Assembly: GCA_951406725.2 (NCBI GenBank)
Contig: OX597827.1
Coordinates: 67,332,001-67,396,000 of the forward strand
Reading direction: 5' to 3'
From: Octopus vulgaris
Lineage: Eukaryota
Length of the DNA: 64,000 nt
This document shows, in pieces, positions 55,622 through 64,000 of the stretch. Below the pieces are notes generated by a model. It was given only the letters and a program-made list of their open reading frames with translations, had not been told where the DNA came from and made no database searches. The translations under genes were made by a program, and so were the position numbers. Position 1 is the stretch's first letter; each line of letters starts with the position of its first letter.

Positions 55622-56477
55622 AATATATATATATTTATATATATATATGTATATAAATATATGTATGTATATATATATACATATGAAGCACTAACGCACA
55701 TACTCAAACAAACTCAAACAAACACAAGTATAAAGTTATATATATATATATGTGTGTGTGAGTGTGTGTGTGTACTTCTCTCAGCACGCACAATCACATA
55801 CGTATACTTATGCACACACATATAAATATATATAGACATATACCTGTGTACATATTTTCGAAGGTCATCATATGCCATCATCTGAATTACCTTGCATGCA
55901 AATCTGTTGAGATGAATCAATATTCCGGGACGAAATGAATATTGTTGGTATATTTTTTTTCTTGAAAGCAATTTACCCCAAATAGATTGAGTTTATGGGA
56001 TTATATTTAGTTTGGTATTAAGAAACCTGAGCACAGCCAAATACGTCATATGCATACATACACACATACATATGTGTATATAAATATATATACATATACA
56101 TATATAACATATGACATATATATATATGATGTGCATACAGGCTTGCATATTTGTGTTTAAGCATATATTTCTTATTCTCTACAGGTCTGGAGAGAAATAA
56201 CTGCTTACGTATGTGTATTTATAAATATAGTTGAATGGAAACTATGTTTGCAAATACATATGTTCTTACATTCGTGTATGTATACAAGTAAATATATTCA
56301 TAAATATATATAAATACCTATACATTCATACAAACATAGACACGCATATATATACATATACATAGATATACATGCATATATATGTATATGTATAAACATC
56401 TATATATATCTTTATATATATATTTATTTATATCTATATCTATCTATCTGTCTGTCTAATTTATCTAGCTTTCTTTC

Positions 56478-56508
<31 letters not shown>

Positions 56509-57575
56509 AACATATATATCGACTCGCACAGATACCTACACAAATCAGATACATAAAGGCACATCCTCATGTACACGATTGACAGAAAGGTTACTGTGAA
56601 ATGTGTAGCGGCCGACATTGTTTGAAATACAAGTGAAATTGCTCAGAGGGTTGTAAAATAAATAATCTTAAAAAGCAAACGCAATATATATTTTGAAGCT
56701 TGTGCTGAAGAAAAATGTTAACAATATTTCCTTCAGGTCAGTGTGAAACATTTTCAATAAAAGGAAAACATAGAATGATGCAAAACCCGATGTTAAGATA
56801 AAGGGAATTGCTAAATTTGGAACACCAGATTACTATGTGTTTGTTGTCAGAGATCGGTTCCTTATTGCTGAGCACCAACCAACACAACCATACAAACACA
56901 CTGAAACATCAACGCAATAATATATGTACAAACACATACAAACTCGCAGACATTCACACACATACACACACACTCATGTTAAAACTTCCACATAACATTG
57001 GTATACACATCATTTACTAACACGAGCCAATGAAAGCGCATCTTTTTTATCGATCATGCTACCTGTTATAGATATAACATCTGCCTTAAATATTTCTTCC
57101 CTATCTTTCAAAAGAAACGTTTTCGCGTGTGTTGGATGTGTTTGATAAGCAGCCAAGAAAACTTACAGGATAAACAAGACTGGAGGATATTTTCGATCAT
57201 ATCTCGGTTTGATGAGAAAGGTAACGAATTTAGAGTGTATTAAATGGGCCTATGGAGAAGACTGTATGAGAAACAACAACGAGAAACAGCAAGTACACTT
57301 GCATGAAGCCACAAAGTAACATTTTAAGACAAGAAGTTCATGTTAAATCATTATAGCCTCATATACAGCGCCGGAAATAGAATAAATATACTGTGCTGGA
57401 CCTAATACAAGAAAACGGCAATTTAAGGAACGCTTTAATTTTGTGTATGGCAATATGGAGTTTGAAGAAGAGGAGATAAGCTGAGATCTGTTCCGGAATT
57501 GACAGCTGTAAATGATAAACATTTCATCCTCAAAGCTTCGTTACAGAAAAATTAAGGAAAACATTGAGGAAAAAT

Positions 57576-57603
57576 AATTATTAATTAATTAATTTTACCC
57601 TTT

Positions 57604-57644
<41 letters not shown>

Positions 57645-57789
57645 CAGTTGGAAGTTCTATTATATATATATATATGCACACGCAGAGATATTTATCTATA
57701 TGTATATATATATGTATGTATTACAAGAACAATTATAAAACCTCGTACTCGCACATGACAAAAGACAAATACCCAGATAAGCACACAAA
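57576..57789 (+). repeat. Dispersed local duplication (copy at ~62555-62766)
   Basis: Shared aattcagttgga...gcacacgcagagatat...caagaacaattataaaacctcgtactc...atacccagataagcacacaaa. Confidence 0.9.
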
Positions 57790-58041
57790 TATATATATAT
57801 ATTATAAAAAATAAAGTGCTCAGAAATCTGGATGGTTCTACATTTACAGATTTTTATTAATATGTCACATGTTTTTATAAATCATATATATATTAGCGCT
57901 TGCATCTACTCTAGTAGATTCTTCCGATTTTCATAATATATATGTACACATGCATACGCATGTATAAATATATATCATTATATAATGTGTACATACATAT
58001 ATATGTACATATATATATATATTTATATATATGCATGTATG

Positions 58042-58104
<63 letters not shown>

Positions 58105-58124
58105 ATGTATGTATGTATGTATAT

Positions 58125-58158
<34 letters not shown>

Positions 58159-58243
58159 AATGGCATAATGATAGTATTCTTATATAGTAGTGTTGAACAC
58201 GAGTATTTTATGAATATTTAAAGCGATATACACACAGACTCAC

Positions 58244-58277
<34 letters not shown>

Positions 58278-58843
58278 TGCTATATATATACATAAGGTAG
58301 ATGCACACAAGGCCTTTCTTTATGCATAGTATACATTTTGATGGCTTCATCATTTTAGAAATACTACGCAACATGAATATATTATTACATAAATGTACTG
58401 TACGAGAAATTACATTGTTCGTGTCTACGAAGGAAAAAGAGAACTTATTTTCTGGAAAAAGTATTTTTGTACCAACTCACACTTCTTTTAGTCATCTCCA
58501 ACAGATTTTTATCTTTTTAACCAGGAAGCGCCACAAAAAAAAATAAGACTGCAATCCGAAATTTGGACCGCAGTTCTCAGGGATCCGTGACGTCTCGTCT
58601 CGTCATATACAAAGAGTCGTGAGAAATGAAAGAAGACGGGAGAATAGCAGAGTTACTGTTCCCTCATCTTCTTTTGTTACGTACGATTGCTTCAGATCAA
58701 GAGTCAATACGGCTACAACGCGGAGGACAGGAGCAATAAATACAAAAATATATAAAATACAAAATATTAAGATTATCATCGATCCTTTGTAACACATACT
58801 CCAGGCGACTGCAAGAAGTTACATGAAAAACAATTTATATACA

Positions 58844-59072
58844 GAGATGTACTCGCATAGCAAGTAATTTGATCTGAGATCGTGTGCTGAAACGAAAACA
58901 ATTGCAGCGTTGAAGGTGTTTATAAGCCATTTAAGAAACACACAAAAGCCGTTCGATTCACTTCAACATTTAAGTTTAATTTGACAAATTAAACTTAAAT
59001 GTTGAAGTGAATCGAACGGCTTTTGAGTGTTTCTTAAATGGCTTAACAAAACACCTTCCACGCTGCAATTGT
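58844..59072. mobile_element. Fold-back insertion with a 12-bp TSD
   Basis: Arms 58898-58983 and 58985-59072 with a 1-nt loop; direct repeat aatttatataca at 58832-58843 and 59073-59084. Confidence 0.85.
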
Positions 59073-59136
59073 AATTTATATACATCCAAACGTCTATTTA
59101 CATATGTAAAGAACCTTACATAATTACATATTGTCA

Positions 59137-59172
<36 letters not shown>

Positions 59173-59179
59173 CATCATG

Positions 59180-59251
<72 letters not shown>

Positions 59252-59422
59252 TATATATATGCATGCATACATACATATATTATATACGTACATATATGCA
59301 TACATGCATACAGACATACATACTTACAAAAAGAAAAGAAAATACTCATTTCTATATCACTGATTAGATATCTGTCATATATATATATATATATATATAT
59401 ATGATGTGTGCATGCATGTATG

Positions 59423-59474
<52 letters not shown>

Positions 59475-60097
59475 GATACAAGCATACACGCATACATCCG
59501 TACATACATACATACATACATACATGCATACATACATACATACATGTATACGTATACACGGAATGCTTCTGTAACATTTATTTCTGTCTATACATTCCAT
59601 ATATGTTGAAACTTAATTCTAAATTGTATAAGTAATCCTCTGTAAGAACTACACATTTCAATCCCATATGTTTTTCTGCCGACCTCATCGTCCCATCGAC
59701 AATCCCTAAAACATGTCTGCCTTTATAACTACATGAAATGCGAACATGTTCTCGCGTAGTAAATCCTAATATATTTATTATACGTGATTTTCATTGGAAA
59801 GTTTGTATGCAATCATTCCTCGCCAGATATTCGTTAACGGTTTTGTTTTCCTTTTTTTTTGTTTTTTTGTTTTTTGTTACTATGTGTTAATAGTTTCCTG
59901 GATGTTTCTGATTTCTTTTCAGATAAACAATTATCAAAACCAACAAGTATTGCGTTTAACGATGCATATTCCAATTAGCAACTCGAATATTTGCATATTT
60001 ATCAGTACTAGTCATCTTGTTAATCTTCACATATTTAGTCATATCTGTTTTCTGTTTTAAGAAAGTACAAAGCTCACACACCCCAAAAAGTAAATAA

Positions 60098-60153
<56 letters not shown>

Positions 60154-60154
<1 letters not shown>

Positions 60155-61113
60155 TGAGTGAGAGAGCAGTTCATGCCATCAAAGTGACACTGGGGTAAAA
60201 TATACGAAGCCCAATATACCCATCATGACTACCCATCTGATAAGGGTACACCAGGCACATGCATCACAACCATATGTGCACGATATGGTGATCACATATC
60301 AAGATAAACAGTGCATGACCTTGCAGGTGAGGCCCAGTTAAAATTTTCTTCAGGTTAAGTAGCCCATCCTACTCAAAAGGTCCCTGAATGAGGGTTGTTT
60401 AAGTATGTTGAATGAAACACCCATGTTTCCAAACGTGAATTATCCCAACCCCAAATAAATCCTCTCAACACATGGTTATGATGCTCCCCCATTATTCCTC
60501 CACATGATCAGAGATGCACATATCGTCAGCCACTAAGGGACATGGTCAACTGGTTAAGGTCAAACAACTGACAAGTAAATCTGTGGTATTGAGCAGAATA
60601 TTTGCTGTAGCCCATCTTTTATACCAAGACAAAACAATGTACATGATAACACCTCCAACCAGTTAAGATGAGAAGCCATGAAAGCCATTGCCTGGTATGC
60701 CTTTACACAGCTTCTAACGCTGGAGATGAACTACAGTGTCAGCTGTTCACTAACGTAACACCTATTTTCTCGAGCATCTTCCGGAGTATTCGAGCGGTTC
60801 CAACCAGTGCTGTTTTCTGCAAGTGCTCCACACTTATTGCAGCCCCTATTTGTTCCGCGTACTTCTCAAGATTTTTGCTCACTGTTCCCAGGGCTCCGAC
60901 AATTATTGCTACTACTGCTACCTTTTTCATCGACCACAACTGCTTTACCTCCCAAGCTAACGTGTCATATCTATCGACTTTACTTTCTTCCTTATCGCAT
61001 AACTTGTTGTCAGCTGGGCATGCTATATCTATGATCCAGCATAGTTTGTTTTCTTTCTTAATTAAAGCTATGTCTGGCTTCCTATTCTCTATTTCATGGT
61101 CGCACTGAATCAT
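60154..61113 (-). mobile_element. R4/Dong-type RLE retrotransposon 3' fragment with long 3' UTR
   Basis: ORF 60739-61113 has RKPDI...IIDIACPAD..KE..K..RY and IIVGALG; 3' end abuts (TAA)n at 60099-60153. Confidence 0.9.
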
Positions 61114-61412
61114 AAAATTGGCGGAAATTGAACTCAGAACGTAATGACAGACGAAATACTGCTAAGCATTTCGCCCAGCTTGCTAACGTTTCTGCCAGGT
61201 CGACGTCTTAATATGGATGTTTATTGTGTAAGAGTATTTTTTTTTTAGTGTTTGTATACTGTACGTGTTTCTACATAAATATGGGTGTAATATGTCAGTC
61301 TATAATTTCATCACTCTGTTTCAAGTATGTTGGTACTGTATACGTAGAAAGATTTTATTATGCTCATAATATAACGTATCTATGTTTGAAAGTATGTGTA
61401 CGCGTATAAGTG

Positions 61413-61449
<37 letters not shown>

Positions 61450-61969
61450 CGTGGTAGGCAACCAGGGTTGCCAGGTATGCGAATAAAATACAAGAGTTAA
61501 GGAATGGAATAGATAAGTTCCGGGCTATATATTTTTCATAACGAACGGAACATCGGAAGAGGTAAATGTATACCACAGGTGTATACCACAGGCTAATCTT
61601 CAGGCTGAGGGTATGTTGATTAAATGAATTTTACATTGTGATAAGGAGGTGCGTGTCATCATGTGGGTGAAACATCTCTTAGTATGTTCTTGTTCCCTCA
61701 GAAATATGAACTTAATATTTAATTAATTCACCTGGAGTAATTGAAAGAGCTGTAAGAGAGGATGTTCGATTTGTTGTTAATAATAAACTCTTATTAATTT
61801 CACAATCTCCATTTTCTTCTTCCTTTATATGAATAAAAATTACACTGTTTATTTACAGAAATACCTATTATCTTAAGGAAATCAATTCCACCCAAAATAT
61901 TAGGTATTGAACCAGTAATTCCTTGGATGACACCATCCCTTCATGAGGCCAACATAACCTCTAATGGAA

Positions 61970-62147
61970 TTTTTTTTTCTTCTTGTTTCTCTCCTTGTTT
62001 CTTTTCTGTGTTTCTTTCTGTCGAAGAGCGTAGGCTCGAAACGTAAAAGACTTGTTCTATTTCTATTCCTGAGCGCAATACTAATACATTTGTTTGTTTG
62101 TCCTCCCCCTGCCTTCGTCTTTTGTTAATTTTCGTAAACCTTCCCGT
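61970..62147 (+). mobile_element. HHR-bearing family D, copy 4 (HHR 62013-62050)
   Basis: tcttt CTGTCGA a gagc-gtag-gctc GAAAC GTA aaaga; ends at (TA)n. Confidence 0.85.
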
Positions 62148-62148
62148 T

Positions 62149-62194
<46 letters not shown>

Positions 62195-62243
62195 TCGGGG
62201 TGAGTACTTGATCCTTCGCATCATGTTTTTTTTTTATTTTGAT

Positions 62244-62311
<68 letters not shown>

Positions 62312-62317
<6 letters not shown>

Positions 62318-62502
62318 TATTATAATTATGAGTAGAATTATAATTAGGGTTAGGCAAAAAATTTGCTTCACCATGCATCGAACTTTAGAAATAACAGCCA
62401 AAGAACCTAGCTAGGTTCTTTGGCTGCTATTTCTAAAGTGTGGTGAAGCAAATTATTTGCCTAACCCTAATTATAATTATACTCATAATTATAATAAATA
62501 TT
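62312..62502. repeat. Loopless palindrome (~95-bp arms) starting at (TA)n
   Basis: Centre aacctag|ctaggtt at 62410/62411. Confidence 0.9.
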
Positions 62503-63114
62503 GTTTAAATTTACCGATAATGGTCTTTTTAACGTACCGAATAATACTTGGTGAAATTATTAATTATTAATTAAGTAATTAATTAATTTTACCTTTTATT
62601 ATTATTGATATATATATATATAATTCAGTTGGAGTTTGTTATATATATATATATGCACACGCAGAGATATTCATCTATATGTATATATATGTATGTATTA
62701 CAAGAACAATTATAAAACCTCGTACTCACACGTGACAAAAGACTAATACCCAGATAAGCACACAAACTACAACATATACATAAATATTTTCGTCGCAAGA
62801 AAGTGAAGATGATTACATAAATATCTGCATTTAAAGGCTTCTATTACGACAAGCTAATCAATTTAATTACGCATCAATAATTATTTCTTAATGAAACAGA
62901 AGGCAGTAATTTCGGGAACATGATTTAAACAATTATATATACCTCAATACTTGACTTTTATTGTAATTTATCAAACCTGGTGAGATTAAACCTCAAAGTA
63001 TATCGATCGCTCTTGAATTCGAAATGTAAATATCCGGAAGAAATATGCTCCGAGTCTTTTGTCAATGCATGTAATATATTTTATTGATAGTAGGAGTGAT
63101 AGAAGGAGTGATAT

Positions 63115-63532
63115 AGGCGGGGGACTGGCTGTGTGGTAAGTAGATTGCTTGCTAACCACATGGTTCCGAGTTCAGTCCCACTGTGTGGCACTTTGGGTAA
63201 GTGTCTTCTACTATAGCCTCGGGCCGACCAAAGCCTTGTGAGTGGATTTGGTAGACGGAAACTGAAAGACGCATATCGTATATATGTATATATATGTATA
63301 CATGCGTGTATGTATATGTTTGTGTGTCTGTATTTGTCCCCCCCCCCCAACATCGCTTGACAACCGATGCTGGTGTGTTTACGTCCCTGTAACATTAACT
63401 GTTCGGCAAAAGAGACCGATAGAATAAGTACTAGGCTTACAAAGAATAATTCCTGAGGTCGATGTGCTCGACTAAAGGCGGTGCTCCAGCATGACCACAG
63501 TCAAATGACTGAAACAAGTAAAAGAGTAAAAG
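63115..63532 (+). mobile_element. SINE family B, full length
   Basis: Consensus match. Confidence 0.9.
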
Positions 63533-63606
63533 ACCAATTTTTTAATACATGCACAATGCCTGAAATTTTGTGGGTGAGTACTGCAAGTCAATTTACATCC
63601 ATATTT

Positions 63607-63750
63607 GTGCTTAACTGGTATTTATTTTATCGACAACGAGAGGATGAATGGCAAAAGTGGAGCTCGGCGATATTTGAACTCAGAACGTAAAGACGGACGA
63701 AACAACTCTAAGTATTTTGTCCGAGATTCTTACGATTTAACCAGCTCACC
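63607..63750 (-). mobile_element. Decayed SINE family C
   Basis: tttgaactcagaacgtaaagacggacgaaa. Confidence 0.7.
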
Positions 63751-64000
63751 AGGATCTCCTCCTATGTTACATATATGTGTGTCTGCGTGTGCGTGTATAT
63801 ATGTGTGTCTGTGTGTGTGTTTTGGGGATTATGTGTGAGTGCGGAATACATAGTGTGTTTTTGTGTTTGTGTGCTTATGTGTATGTGTATAAATTTCTCT
63901 GTATATGTAGACATTAACAAATGTACGTATATATGTGTGTGAGTGTATATGTGTCTGTATATAATTTATATATATATATGGGGGGTGTTTATATATTTAT

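Noticed and set aside
58551-58793. Solo LTR (TG...CA, AATAAA)
   Set aside because: No clear TSD and no second copy in the window.
61520-61606. Minus-strand CTGAAGA...GAAAAatatata
   Set aside because: Too many core mismatches and only 2 bp of stem I.
62343-62353. TTAGGGTTAGG telomeric-like repeat in a palindrome
   Set aside because: Under two units, compatible with chance.

Overview
AT-rich, microsatellite-dense animal DNA with no confidently supported host protein-coding gene. Nearly all ORFs in the track are translations of (TA)n/(CA)n/(TACA)n repeats. The repeat content resembles a cephalopod (octopus-like) genome; this is an inference from recalled SINE families. Recognisable elements: about 30 copies of three tRNA-derived SINE families, fragments of CR1/L2-, I-group-, RTE- and R4/Dong-type LINEs (R4/Dong at (TAA)n), a mariner fragment, a short complete Helitron, and a 28S rRNA fragment inserted with a 16-bp target-site duplication (TSD). 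The main unexplained signal is at least 10 minimal type I hammerhead ribozyme (HHR) motifs from about 6 unrelated families. Most lie next to (TA)n tracts and several lie in fold-back inverted repeats, as expected for Penelope-like element (PLE) pseudo-LTRs or retrozymes. They include a tRNA-headed HHR element (a candidate PLE-mobilised SINE) and a 4-copy family lacking the usually invariant core A6. Coordinates were counted by hand; ribozyme activity is untested.
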